The notes: generated from the sequence alone by a model not told the origin. A stretch of DNA of 64,000 nucleotides from Psammoneis japonica (GCA_008632985.1 QPGO01000001.1:302600-366599), one strand, 5' to 3'; counted from the first letter of the stretch, positions 48,350 through 61,748 are shown. Numbers and translations: made by a program.

Positions 48350-51300
48350 GGGAGTGTTTCTTTCCTCTCCAGCACAAAATGCATGTGCTGGTGTTCTCCA
48401 AAAAGGTCCTGCAAAAACAAGGTTGTGGTCCAACACAATGGTTGGCAAAAGAAAATGTGAGATCTGATGCTTTCACTGTGCTGCACTGGGGGGGGGGGGG
48501 GGGGGGTGACAGAGAATCCATGAGAGTTCAAGAGCACATGTGTGAAGGGAGAGCAATTGGAAAGAGGCAATGACAAGTCAACCAGACAAGCCACCTTCTT
48601 CCAAGAGCATTTTGAAGGACAATGATGATGATGTCACGAGCAAGAGAAACACTCAAACAAGTGCCTTCAAATGACCATCCTTTGCTACAGTCAAAAAACT
48701 CTCTTTTTCTTGGAGCTTTGACAGGAGCAAAGAGCGGCCAAGAAGAAGAGAAGATGTGTTCCAGCTCCAGGTGGGACCTCGCACTGCAGAGCTGTGACAT
48801 CAAGAGCACTTTGGATCGAGCTGCATGCCACGCACGCGCACACATTTGCATGTGATCTTCTACGAAATTGTTTCATGTTCCCTGTTTTGCAAAGCCAAAG
48901 GCTTTCTATTTTCATTGTTTTCAAAAATGAGAATGGGCCAGGTGCACTCTCAAACATCTGCAGAACACACCAGGGCAAACTGCTGATCATGCACTTTTCA
49001 AGTGTGAAGGAGGAGACATGTTTGCAAAATTGCCTCCATTTTTGTTGACAATCATTCACATGTTCATTGCTCAATGATTTCACTGTGGAGCTCGCATGTG
49101 GAACTCCACAGCCCAAATGTCACATCGAGTCCCACCCAGGGCTGCAACGCATCAGAGTGCTGAGGGGGTCTCCCGAGGAGCGGGGGGAGTGGCAGCTGGT
49201 TGGTTGACTCAAACCTCTCACTGGAGTGAGAGGTGCCATGGGCTGGACTCAACACCACAACAACACTGCTTGCAAGCTTGAGGCTGTTTGCTCAGATGGT
49301 GTGGCGATGCCCAGAGATGGCAGAACCTGGCCTTCTGATGACAAGAACGAAGAACACCGCCGCAGTGGCCTGTTTCCAAAAATGAAACGTGTGCTTTCAT
49401 GACAACTGATCTCTCTTGCTCAAGCTGAAGCTGTGCAAATCACTGCAGAAGAATCCAACAAAGAGCGCAGAGACCCCACGAGGTTGAACCTGAGTTGTCA
49501 AACAAAGCCGTGTGACGGCCAGAAGATTGGCTTTCCTGCACGCACGCGCGCCACGCTGCTGGGAGCTGTCGCGCTCGCGCTCGCTCACACGACAAAAGAA
49601 GAGAAACGGCAACACAAGAATCAGCAGAATTCTGCCCAAGTCGCATTCTTCTGCTGAAAGTGGTGGTGCATGGAGGCACAAAAATTGGCAAAGCGACTCA
49701 GCTCCACCTCTGAAAGGTGCCCTGGTGAGCACACTGCAACATGTGACCCCAATGGATTGTTGTTGTGTACAATGTTCCACTCAAATTTTTATTTTGCCTG
49801 TCATTTTCCAGTGTGGTGAATTTCGTTGACTGTTGAAGCTTGCAGTGGCATTTCCAGGCCCATGTGTTCTAAATGACAGATGTCCTTTGACACACTCCTT
49901 GTTCACATGGGGAAATCAGATCCTGGAACTTTCTGCATCTAGCCAGGTCTAGAGAGGGAATGGACAGAACAATGTGGAGCCGGTTGAAGAAAAGTGATGA
50001 AAAAATGTTTGGCAAGTGTGCTGTTGTGTGTCAACTGCAGAGTCAGTCAGCTGTGGGTGTGTGCTTTTTCTGCATTTCTGTGAGCAATGAACCGGCAGAC
50101 AATGCCCTTGGACAGATCATGGAGTGTTGTTGTTCTTTAGAGTGTTTGCTCTAGAGTGGAGAGCCATGACCAGACAGCTGTGTCAGAAGCACTGATCGTC
50201 TGGGCGTCGCGCATGTGCGTTTTGAACGTGTTGCTGCTCTCTCTTTCCTCCTCCTCCTTTTCCTCTTCTTTTTTTTTCATAAACTTGGAGCTGCCTGTGT
50301 GTCCGGACACATGCCAAATTTCAAGCTCACAGTGCATGCCACTGGATCTTTTGCTTGAGAGCTCGTTGTCTTGCACGCAGCTTTTGTGCCAACAGAGTCG
50401 TGTGAAATTGCACGACGAGCAAAAAACAATCGACAAGAACCAATCAGAAGCCACAAAGTTGAAATGTTGTGCTCTCTTTGCTGGCAAAGACGAGCCAACA
50501 CTCTTCACGCAGTTGAAAATGTGGGGTGCCGGGGATGGAAAATTGGAGCAGTCTGTTCAAGGTTGGCGGCACGAGCAGCAACCATCTGGTCACAAGTGGT
50601 GTCATCTCCAGCAGCACACCACAGTCTCCAGTGGCATCCCATCTTGTTGAGCAGTGCAATCTGGCCAGTCTCTCCAGTTGCAGAGCATTGTCTGTTGAGC
50701 ACTGCAGTCCAGTCTCTCCAGCAGCACATCACATTGCATCAAGCAATGAACATCTGGTCTCTGCTGGTGGCTGGCATTGCACAGCATGGTGTTGCATTGC
50801 ATTGAGTGGTGCAGTCTGTGGCCAATCTTGAGTGGCAACATGTCGAGTGGCAAACATCCAGTCTTGAGCAGCATTTCCAGCAGCAATTTTGCTGCCGGCA
50901 CAAGATGAGTCCCCAACATGCAATCTTCCAATGGCTGCTCTTAAGTGTGTTGTGATTGATTTGGAAGCATGGTTTGTCTTTCGATGGTGGCGCCAAATCA
51001 AACTCTGCCGTCAAACAATTCAATGGGCACTCAATGCCACCAGTTCACCAATGGCCAACTCCTCATGCACTGGAGCTGCCACTGCCAACAGCCTGTCACA
51101 ACAAACAAGTGACTTGGAGCTTCACACTGGCATTGTTCCAAAATGCAAACTCCAGCGTTCTTGCAATGCATGATCTGAGAGTGAAAACAGGGGTGAGCAA
51201 AAGGTGCAGTGGAATGCAAAGCAACAGCAAAACCAGACTTGAGTTCACATGCCACAGATTTGCAGGCAGCTTTCAATTTTTCTGACAAAATTGGTTGTGG

Positions 51301-52765
51301 TTTCACATTGTTTTAGCATTCATCCCACACCACCCCTCACAATGTCATTTTGTGCTGCACAAGCTGAAAATGGAAAACGGATGTGAAGTGAGCAAAACGC
51401 AAGGCAGGGTGCAAAGTGCCAGCAAAACAAATCACATGGGTTTACATGCCATGACTTTGCAGTCAGCATTCGACTTTCTGACTGACTGATTGTGGTTTCA
51501 CATTGGTCTTGTTCCCATGACACTGCTTCCAATGCTCCAGCCCTTGCATGAGAAACACAGAATTGCGTGCAGGCATGCTTGTTTCGTGTTTTTGTCAACA
51601 TCCAAAAAGGAAAAAATGACAAAATGACTTAACACAGCCAACATCACAGCCACACATGGAGAAGCAAATCAAGCGTTTGTCAGAGTTCAGAAAGAACAAT
51701 GAACACACAAGTTGGTGCATGATGCACAAAACGACAAGCTGCCGTTGTCAAACGCCAGTTGACAACACCACACAACAATTGACCGAGGGAGGGATGACAT
51801 GGAACATCACAAAACATCACTGAATTGAAAGTGATCAATGTTGTTTCATGCCACATGAGCTGAGAACAGAAAATGGATGTGAGCAAAACGCAAGGCAGGA
51901 TGAAAGTGCCAGCAAAGCAAATCACAAGTTTGCATGCCATGACTTTGCAGTCAGCACTCAACTTTCTGACTGACTGATTGTGGTTTCACATTGGTCTTGT
52001 TCCCATGACACTGCTTCCAATGCTCCAGCCCTTGCATGAGAAACACAGAATTGCGTGCAGGCATGCTTGTTTCGTGTTTTTGTCAACATCCAAAAAGGAA
52101 AAAATGACAAAATGACTTAACACAGCCAACATCACAGCCACACATGGAGAAGCAAATCAAGCGTTTGTCAGAGTTCAGAAAGAACAATGAACACACAAGT
52201 TGGTGCATGATGCACAAAACGACAAGCTGCCGTTGTCAAACGCCAGTTGACAACACCACACAACAATTGACCGAGGGAGGGATGACATGGAACATCACAA
52301 AACATCACTGAATTGAAAGTGATCAATGTTGTTTCATGCCACATGAGCTGAGAACAGAAAATGGATGTGAGCAAAACGCAAGGCAGGATGAAAGTGCCAG
52401 CAAAGCAAATCACAAGTTTGCATGCCATGACTTTGCAGTCAGCACTCAACTTTCTGACTGACTGATTGTGGTTTCACATTGGTCTTGTTCCCATGACACT
52501 GCTTCCAATGCTCCAATCTTTGCATGAGAAACACAGAATTGCACACAGGCACACTTGTTTCGTGTTTTCCTCAACATCCAAAAAAGAGAAAACAACGAAA
52601 TGACACTTGGCACAGCCAACATCACAGCCACACATGGAGAAGCAAATCAAGAGCCTTTGTTGTCAGAGTTTAGAAAGAACAATGAACACACCAATTGGTG
52701 CGCAATGCAATGACAAGCTGCCATTGTCAAGTGCCAGTTGACAACACCGCACAACAATTGACCAG
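48350..52765. other. TpA-depleted block E
   Basis: TpA rare, TG/CA-rich; local CpG-rich patch 49530-49600. Confidence 0.8.
51190..52764. repeat. 488-bp tandem repeat, about three copies plus a diverged partial copy
   Basis: Identical ORFs at 51680-51961 and 52168-52449; GTGAGCAAAACGCAAGGCAG near 51388, 51879, 52367. Confidence 0.95.
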
Positions 52766-52988
52766 CGAGTAGATAGACTGTACAGTAAAAAACACAGCAC
52801 ACCAAACCATTTCGAAACCGCGCCACACACTCAATCAGCAGGGGAGCCCGCTACCGGTATGCGGCAGCGGCGGCAGGCGGCAGCGCAATTGAGATAGTGG
52901 ATGAAAACAGCAAAAAACAAAAACAGCGAACACATCATCGCGCCGTTGCTGCTGCTGTTTCTACTTTTGAGATTGCTTTCTACTTACA

Positions 52989-53170
52989 ATGCCCCAAAAG
53001 AAGATTACAGTTGTAGATGCGACTGGTGGCGAGAACAAGTGGAGGCTAAGTAGTGAAGAAGGGTGCAAAACTTTGCGTCGCAAGTTTGGCGTGGAGTCGT
53101 TAATTGACGAGGATTGTGTGATCGCAGACTTTGAGTCGCTTGAGGATGGCGGCAGGTACACACTTGGTCC

Positions 53171-53207
<37 letters not shown>

Positions 53208-54585
53208 GATGGTGAGTTGAGAATTTGTTTTTCTATATATTGTGATTGTGCTGATGGAACGTTGACTCTAGACTCGAGTTGTATTCTCTTTCTCGTATTC
53301 TGAAAAAATACGGGTATTCACGTTGTTACTCCGGAGTATTCAACCAACATGTTCTGGAATTATTGCACATGCGGTTTCAACTATCAAAACTCATCCTGTT
53401 TGTACTTGTCTGCTCTTTAATCCAGTTTCCAATAAGCAGCAACAGCAGTGGTTCTTCCAAGTGAAAGGGGCGATTAATCGGCCAAGCAGCCACGCTGGCG
53501 CCCGTCATGCTCTCTTCCGGTTTGCTGCTAACTTTTCCGGAGTTTACCCACAAGGCCTGAATGCTGACACTGCTTTTTGCGCCCGGAGTTGCAAAGGAGA
53601 TAAGGATCGACGTCTCCTCGATTTTGCAGTTGTATTTCGCAAGGAAGAGTCTGCTCAACAGTTTGTCAATAGTCTCGCGAGCTACGTCAAGATGACAGAA
53701 GGCCAGATTTTCTTCTGCGATTATAACGGCGTTGACAACGCAGGAAAGAAACCCTCTTGGCAACTAATTCCGCCTTATGAGCCTACTGTCATTTTTCCGA
53801 TCTTGGAAGCCGATTACACAGGCCGAAATTATGGGGATGCACCGCTAAAGGACTCGCCAGTTGTGGAAGTGACGTTTTCGAGTCGTCGATCAAGTCTGTC
53901 TGGAGATACAGACGCTACCGCATACGTGACGGTTCTGTCACAAAGCAATCCAGTTTTCCACTTCCTGCGCGTCGAACAGATGAGTACGTTTGATCTTGCG
54001 GATGCAGAATCTGCCCATATATTTCCTAGCGCCAAGTGTTCCGGCGTGTATGAATGGCTCGACGATAAAGACTACAATCGACTTGCCCTAAGTAGAGACT
54101 TGCACATCAACTTTGATGGCACTGGTCGAGGACGCGGTAAGCGATGGCAGACTATTCGGGTGTTGGCTTTCAGGCCGATAAGGCCATGCAATGGATACAA
54201 AATCACCCAGCTACCAAATTCCTCCGAAAGAGTCTACGAGATCCCGCTTGAGATAGTTTTGAACGAGCGCAGAAAAGTGAATGCGGTGTTGCGACGACTG
54301 GGGAAGAATGTCGAAACAAAATCATCCGGTAGCCTTACCACATTATTTGGGTCTGACTTAAAGGTTTGTTACCCCACTGAAAGGAGGATCCGCATCAAGA
54401 TGGAAGATGTGCAACGTGATGACGGAACAACAGAAAAGGTATTTGTGAACAAAGTTCCTGGAGTTGATGATTTGGGGACATGTTGGTCCATTCGTGATGA
54501 CCAGTCGTTGGAAGCGGCCGAGGTACTGGAAAAATGTTTAGTTTGGAACTACAATGAAGCTATAGAAATTTGGTCATCGCTGTGA
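52989..54585 (+). CDS. Crinkler-like modular protein with an HNH-type nuclease domain
   Basis: Short N-terminal module ending GGRYTLGP-polyQ; intron 53212-53425; AESAHIFP...NRLALSRDLHINFD resembles HNH_2. Confidence 0.65.
53172..53207 (+). repeat. CAG/CAA microsatellite (polyQ)
   Basis: 12 Gln codons before the splice donor. Confidence 0.95.
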
Positions 54586-54852
54586 TGACAATGGCAGGTG
54601 CGATACCTTGAACAAACGGTTTAAAATATTCACGTATGCTCTAAAAAATCGAGCAGAATGGGAGGCTAAAGGTCAATCTTTGGTGGTGCCGAGGCTGTTG
54701 ATCCTTCGCCTTCTGTTATGCAGAGACTGAGTCCTTGCAATAATGAGAATTCTATAATAGTAATCGATCACAAGCGAGAGAATTGATTGCCGGGTAGTCC
54801 TAAGAAAGAAGCCTGAAAGAACTGATGGCTACTGTAACTTTATTTTAGCTAG

Positions 54853-55814
54853 TCATGGCATGACGGGCATTTGTCTCAATGTGTTCCGTACTCGAATGCG
54901 ATTGGCAAGGACAGTAGTTGCCGATGAATCCGTTGCAAGCGACGGCACGTTTTGTGACTTGTACTTCCAATGTGCCGCCGATCCTTGTTCGGCAACCCGA
55001 TGCATTTCCTCCGAGCGTACTTGTACTTCACAAGTCCAATTGTGATTATCGACATTTGTATCAAAGGTATAATGCAAACTCTGATAGCCGTTGGGTTTCG
55101 GATTAGCAATGTAATCCTTAAAGGAGCGGATATTGGAAAATTTGCGCATAATCAAATCTTGAACCATATAGCATAACTCGTCGTCGTCAGAATCCACAAT
55201 AATTCTCAAGGCGAGCGCATCGGCAACGTCCGACACACTCTTGACTCGCGTTTTCAACATTTTTCTCCATAGCGAGTAGGGTTCCTTGACGCGAGCCGTA
55301 ACCGAAACGCTGTCGGCAACCTGTTGCAGTTCTGGACTGGACCTCAACAAGTCACGAACCTCTCGTGTAATTGTCGATAAAGCACGCTCCATGGATGTTC
55401 TTGATTGATCTTGTTGTTTGGTTACCTTATTGTACTGGCGACGGTACAAGAGCTTAAAGGCGGTGCGTTCCAGTTCCTTTTTCACTTGAGGCATACCCAA
55501 CCGAGACGCCACAAGTGCATCTCTGTAGAGTGCTTGACGTTGCTGTTGTCTTGAGATTGACCACTCTTGAGTTCGTAGAGTGATTGCATCAACTTACTCC
55601 GGGTGCGATCGTCGTCATTGGGCGTTGTTGTAGTCGAAAGCACGTCAAATGTAGGCGGCGGAGCGAGAATTAATTCTGGAGAAGAATCAAAGTAGTGTGG
55701 TCGTTGAAAGGGCATTCTGGATGTTGTGGCTGTTCTGTAGATTACAAAGCCATTTGAGGTCTGCGTCAGTCCCAAAAGGGACGCAACAAAGAGCAAAGCG
55801 GCACTTCGTGACAT
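54853..55814 (-). CDS. RSH: RelA/SpoT homologue, (p)ppGpp synthetase domain, probably plastid-targeted
   Basis: RVKEPYSLWRKM, DALALRII, KDYIANPKPNGYQSLH, EVQVRS..MH..AE.G.AAHWKYK; leader ending SNG-F; frameshift near 55515. Confidence 0.88.
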
Positions 55815-56574
55815 GGTCTTTGTGTAATTGTGTGAGAGAAAAATGCCAATCTGAAAAATCTGCGACCATCTGGTTTTCGCGTGAGGGAACAAGTCGGAAT
55901 TCTGCTCCGGCATTGGTTTGAGGGAGATCACGTAGAAATCGTACGAAACGAACGCGCGAGTTGGAACGGAGCCCGCGTTTTTTTCCAATCCCGCGCCAAA
56001 AAGAGTGGTATTGACTATACGTATTCTACGTGGAATTCTCCGAAGCGCAAAAGTACGGGACTGGCAGGTGTCACCGAATGTCAGTGTGTCCTTGAATGAA
56101 TCGTTTCGCGTATGTAGATTTATACTTATTTTATCAAATCTCCATCAAATCAATTACACACTATTCTCAAATGCAAATGCGCGACGTCGACTCGACGTCA
56201 CATCCGAATTCTGCTTACGTCGAACCGTTATTTAGGCTTCGCAATTCTCATCACCGTGACGTCATTGCTTAAGTTTATCGGAGGAAGTTCGACGCGCTTT
56301 ATGAGCGACCTTTCCAGTTTGGTATTTTGCATCGAAAAAGAGGCGTCTGCGCCAAAAATCGAAAAATGGCTTCTTTTCGACGGAACAGGTTGTCTTTCCG
56401 CGCATGTTGATTTCTCTGAACTCACGATTGGATCTGGAATCGCTCGAAGATCCAGGACCAGCAGATCGCAGATCTGCGGGATCGAAGATCGACAATCGAC
56501 ACTGCTACTAGCTACTAGAGAGCACATTGCACAGGTTCTAGAAACCCACATTTGGACCTTCCTGGTGTGTCAGC

Positions 56575-57324
56575 ATGCTCTTGATTGCTGCAGCTTCTCT
56601 TGTTGCTTTTGGTGGCCTGTCGCATTTTGGGCTTGTGGGATTGGCCCAAGTTTGTGGTTCGCGATTTCTTGCTCAAAAAAAACACGTCTCGCACAGAACT
56701 TATGCGATTGTCGCAACGTCCACCAACAAGAATTTTGGCAGAATCATTCCACGATTGTTGGAAACGACCAAGCAGGGTGTTCTTGATGCGGATCCAAAGT
56801 CTTCAGAGGTTTTGTTAAAAGAGTCGGCAGAAATGTATGGTTCACCAAAAGGTGCGGATGCGCTATCGGTTGGATTGTATTTTGATGATCCAAGTCAAAC
56901 GGAGAACCCCAAATGGGCGATTGGATGGTGTGTAGCAACAGCATCCTTTGACAAGGCAAAAGAACTTGCCAAGACAGTATCAACAAAGGTGAAGCTGGAA
57001 CAAGGCGAATGTATTAGAGCGGTTCGGGTTGGCGGACCGAATCCAGTCTTGACGGCTCGAATCCCGTGGCGTCATGCCTTGACTCCCATGATTGCACCCA
57101 TGCTGCACTGGAATCGTGGGTTTGATGCTTATGAAAAGGGAGGCTTTACAACAGAGGGAGATCCTGCCAAGGGCTCTACTGGGGCGCACTCGGGAGGAGC
57201 GGTGGCGTGTGAAGTCTATGTGACAGGGCCTGGCTGTTCCATGGAGTACATTGATTATGTAATTCTCATGGGCGACACCAAGAACGTTTGGAACGATACA
57301 TTTCCTTCGGTATCCACCCAATGA
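56575..57324 (+). CDS. TEX264/GyrI-like domain protein
   Basis: N-terminal anchor; VGLYFDDP...WAIG motif; intact 249-aa ORF. Confidence 0.65.
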   Translation: MLLIAAASLVAFGGLSHFGLVGLAQVCGSRFLAQKKHVSHRTYAIVATSTNKNFGRIIPRLLETTKQGVLDADPKSSEVLLKESAEMYGSPKGADALSVGLYFDDPSQTENPKWAIGWCVATASFDKAKELAKTVSTKVKLEQGECIRAVRVGGPNPVLTARIPWRHALTPMIAPMLHWNRGFDAYEKGGFTTEGDPAKGSTGAHSGGAVACEVYVTGPGCSMEYIDYVILMGDTKNVWNDTFPSVSTQ

Positions 57325-57809
57325 AATGTGAAAAAGCCTGTAGTATGAGGTGTCGACTTTGAGGCTTGTGTGTGTGTTTCTTTTTTAATGAAATATTGTT
57401 CTAATTTCGTATGTACAACAACGCATGACAGAACCAAGCTATGACACGTACACGTCTATCCTATTGTTGTAAATAGTATTCTGAAATCCACTTAGCGTTA
57501 TTTTGTCGGCTGTAGCTAAAAGTATGTTGTCCCCCCAGTTTTCTAACGCTGTCTCTGGCGCGAGAAGCCACTCCTGCACACGTCTTCTACCAGCAGAGCA
57601 TGCTGAAACCCAGTCGAGGCGAGTCGACAAGGTTGATCTCGGCACTGCATTCACGAGGTGCTCTGTTTCGTAATTTAAAGTGCCATGTTTTGCGCGAGCA
57701 AAAGGTGACATCCAGGCGCAAAAATGGAAATTCCTGTCCTGCCCTGCCTGAATCTGTTCTTTCGACAAAGCTCAACTTGATTTGAGACCGTGGCTGTCAG
57801 ATGCTCTAT

Positions 57810-59490
57810 GTGGCAACTTGCACCTGCACCATGGAAGTGCATCATGAATCAAAGGACGCACAAGATTTTTGCCAATCTTGCAGTCTCACCCATGCTCTGA
57901 CCTCAGTTCAAGTTTCGCACAATGAAGCACACTAAAAACAGATGGGTTTGTGAGTGAGACAATGTGCAAATGGGTTTGTTTGTTTGGCAGGACTTGGCCC
58001 AAGTGTCTCAAAATTTTTACAAAGCTTTGGTGCTGAACAAGCTTTTCTCCTGAAACAGCTGGTGAACATGTGGTGTTGATGACCAACAGACAAATGACTG
58101 GGGCCAATGAAATCATCTTCACAATTTGGCGCCAACTTGTCACATCACATTTGCTGTCAGGCAGAGCATGAAGCAACTGTGAACAATTGTTGTGATGGCA
58201 CTTGTTGCATTGTCGGCAGCCAGGTGCAAATCAAACTGGGTGCAGCAGCCACCAGGACAACTTTGTCAAAACAAAAAAGCAGCGCAACTTGTGTCAACCT
58301 TTCACATGTGGAAGAACAGTTTTGAGAAATGCGCAGCTCTTTCCTCCATTGGCAAATGATCTGCACATGTTTCTGCAGTGTTGCTGCATTGTGGTCTGTG
58401 CTGATGTGATCAATGTCGCGCACTTTGCACCCAGATGTGCCACATTTTTGACAACAACAAACCCAAGTTGCTGCTCAACAAGTGAGCCACAGTGTTTGTG
58501 CTGCACTGTGCTTCGCTCACTCCATGGAACATTGCCATGATCACACATGCTGAGAACACACACCCTCTGCCATCAAAAATTTGCTGCAGCGTGGAAGCCA
58601 TCGTTGGATGCACTCCAGCTCCAGGTGGGACTTTGCGCTGCTGAGCCACAACATCAGAGTTTTTTTGTCATCATGCATCACATGTCATGCGCGCACACAT
58701 TTTTTCATGTGATCTCCTGCAAAGTTGTTTCATGTTCCCTGTTTGGCAAAGCCAAAGGCTTTTTGTCACATGTGGGTTGGGGTGGCAACCTGGAAATGAT
58801 GTGCTCCAAGGATGAGAGAGAGAAGACACAATGTCAAAACTGCCTTTTTCTCTGCTGGCAACAATCTGAGCATTCATTTCCCAGCGATTTTGCTGCAGAG
58901 CTTGCGCACAAAATTCCGTGTGCATGTGTCACACTCGCTCATGACAACTTCATCATCATTGTGTGCATGATGCGATGTTTGCATGGCATGTTGTGCAGTG
59001 TGATGCAGCTGTGGTTGGGCACAACAAAACCCTCACATTGACAAGGACAAAGCCGCACCCGAGAGTCGACACAACAAAGAGTTGCCTGCAAAAACAGAGA
59101 GTGTTCCCGGTCTCAGGGGGAAAAAAACATCAAAAATGACTGATTGCCAGGGAAATGATGGGATTTTTGCCTCAACAGACATGAAAAAGGGACATCCTGG
59201 AATCAATCAGCACCGGCAACAATTGTTTCTTCCCTGGAATGTGAGCGGGGGGAAATCAGTGATTCCCGGAATTTTCGCGTGCAGCTGACGTCGAGTTGAG
59301 TTGAAGTTCAACATGCATGAAGGTTTTCTCTGTTCTGTGTGGATGATTCTTCGGGACGCCGAAGAAGTTTGGTGTGTCACAACCTCAATGATGACATGGC
59401 CAATGGCCAGCAATCTTCCTTGTGCATCTCTCCGTTTGGTTTCTAAGCTTCCTGGTTCAGTCGCAAGACAAGACGCATTGCCTCTGAAAT
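57810..59490. other. TpA-depleted block F
   Basis: TpA rare; shares a roughly 150-bp segment with block E. Confidence 0.8.
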
Positions 59491-59512
59491 GCTAGTTTCG
59501 AAAGGGGCCAAA

Positions 59513-60314
59513 ATGAAGTGGTCCCATCTTCACGGATTGGCAGGGATCGCGTACCTCTTAATTGGCATTTTCGAAGCGAGCTCAGATCACCATCTCTGGC
59601 TCTCCCTGCCTTCCACTCACTGTCGCATTGATGGCTGTCGCCATTTTGCTGACTCTGGGAATCTTCACACGGAGGTTTCGTCTCCGAATGAAGGTATTGG
59701 GATCGAGAAAGTTCCTCTTTCTTCGTGCGGCAGCGTGGACAGTTGCCTTTTCTTTCATGTCTTTATCAATCTATTCTACTCCGAGCCACTCATTTCTTGT
59801 TCCACAGGATACTGCCACGTATTTCATTAATCTCTCGGCGACTGCCCTTTCTCTTTTGGCAGCGGTAGCTGCAATGTGTGTCGCCCAACATGAGATCAGG
59901 AACAAAACAATCTGTGCCTATGGCTTTCCGATTGCCAATATTTTGTCCAACGCCATTCTTCTTACCATGCCGGTGCTCCATGTACTGATTGGTACCTCGA
60001 CAGTGGCCGAGTATTACGATCGCTTCGAGATTGGCAAGGCGCTATATATTGTTTCATTATGGTCGGGCTTTGTTACGGTATGGGACACCTTCTTTTTGGG
60101 ACTAGTAACTGCCGAACGCATAACTTACAGTCAATTCAGAACGATTTCAAAGTTCAATTGGTTGTGTCTGTACACACTTTCGCTGACAGGGTTTCTTTGG
60201 TGCTTGAATGGACCTGCAATGGCGCTTGCCTGGTTTCTCTTGATCGGGTTGATAAACGGTATCTCTATTCGAATCGAGAAACTTTTCTTAGCGATGGGAA
60301 TTGCTAACTACTGA
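59513..60314 (+). CDS. Hypothetical polytopic membrane protein
   Basis: MKWSHLHGLAG start, frameshift into a 250-aa hydrophobic ORF. Confidence 0.6.
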
Positions 60315-60814
60315 ACGCTGTGGCTTCAGGAAAAATGTGCCATCATGGAGGTTTCATTCATTGTGGGCGGAAGACAGTACGGTACAGGCAGCCCTGTGTG
60401 TTCTGATGACTCTGGAAAAAGACTAAGCAGTTCTACCATGCATACCCCACCTACAATATTACATGTACTTGTAAGGATGAGTGCGTATACTGGCTCTACA
60501 TTTTCAAACTGTTAGTTGGTTGTCCCTTGTTACAAGCTAATCTGGAAGTCGCCTTTACTTCGAAAGGGGATAGCACAAGTGAAAGAATAGGTCACGAGTT
60601 GCTGGGTCATCCCTTTCCGACGGAGCAAGATACATTTTGGGAGGCAGAAGCAAGCCCTCTACTACACTAAACTCTCTAATCTCAAACAAAATTTCCATGT
60701 TGTATGATAGTTTACAACAAAATGTTAGTTTGCAATATTCTCAATCTCAATGTAGTACTCGAGCAAATATGTCAAATCGTGTTTTCAAAAAGGTAGATAA
60801 ATCGTCTTCGTCAT

Positions 60815-61514
60815 TCATCTTGATCGTGTCATCACCGTCATCGTCGACTCTTTGGACGGGGCTTCCTCACAAATCAAAGCCCCAGAATGAAACCCATAAA
60901 GGTACAACCAACAACGGCAATTGGTAAAATAGTTGGGAGCGTCTGCGGAAGCCGAATAAGTGACCAAGATATGCGGTTGTTCGTTGATTGTCACTTTTCG
61001 TATCCTGAAGCTACTTGGTAGGTGATTCATCACTCTGATGACATCTCCAGTGAAGCCAGCACTCAGATCGAAAATTCCAAAGGCTTTCTCAATCATCTTC
61101 TGTGTCGCTTGGATTGGCCCGGCAATTTCCGCAACAAACACGGCGCCAGCAAACACAAAGACGCAATACTACTGGCAGTCTTTTCATCTGAGAAGGACTC
61201 TATTCTCCTTGCATTGCTTTTGGCAGAAAGCTCAACGACCACGCACTTCCATGAAATCGACAGTGGCTTACTAGTAGACGCTCTCTGTGGCAATTACAAA
61301 AGAGGGTGTGAGCAACATGGAAAACGGCACATCGCAAAGCATGTGAAACAAGACTTTTGGCCCACGTGCATAAGCGTAAAATACGGGAAACTCGCACAAT
61401 CGCTCCTTCGGACTGGAAATTCGTCTCACAGTCGCTTCTATCTTCGCAACTAACTCTACTAGAGTAGCAACTCAGTGTCCTGCGTCCTGCGCAAATCCAA
61501 CATAATGTAACCAT
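60815..61514 (-). CDS. Possible hypothetical gene, fragmented
   Basis: Two same-frame ORFs separated by a stop; normal composition; no recognisable domain. Confidence 0.25.
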
Positions 61515-61748
61515 TTTGGAATTTTGGAGTCATCAATGACCAACATTTTCGTCATTCGGTCACAGAAGCGGTCACTGACGATACTGTAGGGCACAAAATG
61601 ACTTGCAACCGCCGCTTCGTGCAAACCCGCTCACAAAATTCGGCCGCAGTAAGGTCATCGTCATAACACCATAGGGATTGACAACCTTTGCTTCACTACC
61701 GGCATTGCCAAAGGAAAACCAATAGCAATTTTCATCGGGGTGTTCAAC

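Noticed and set aside
51190..52764. CRISPR array (also considered for 14841-15200 and 29430-29700)
   Set aside because: No repeat-unique spacer structure, no cas genes, eukaryotic context
56256..56786. 176-aa ORF overlapping the TEX264-like gene
   Set aside because: No ATG start or motif; overlaps a better-supported frame
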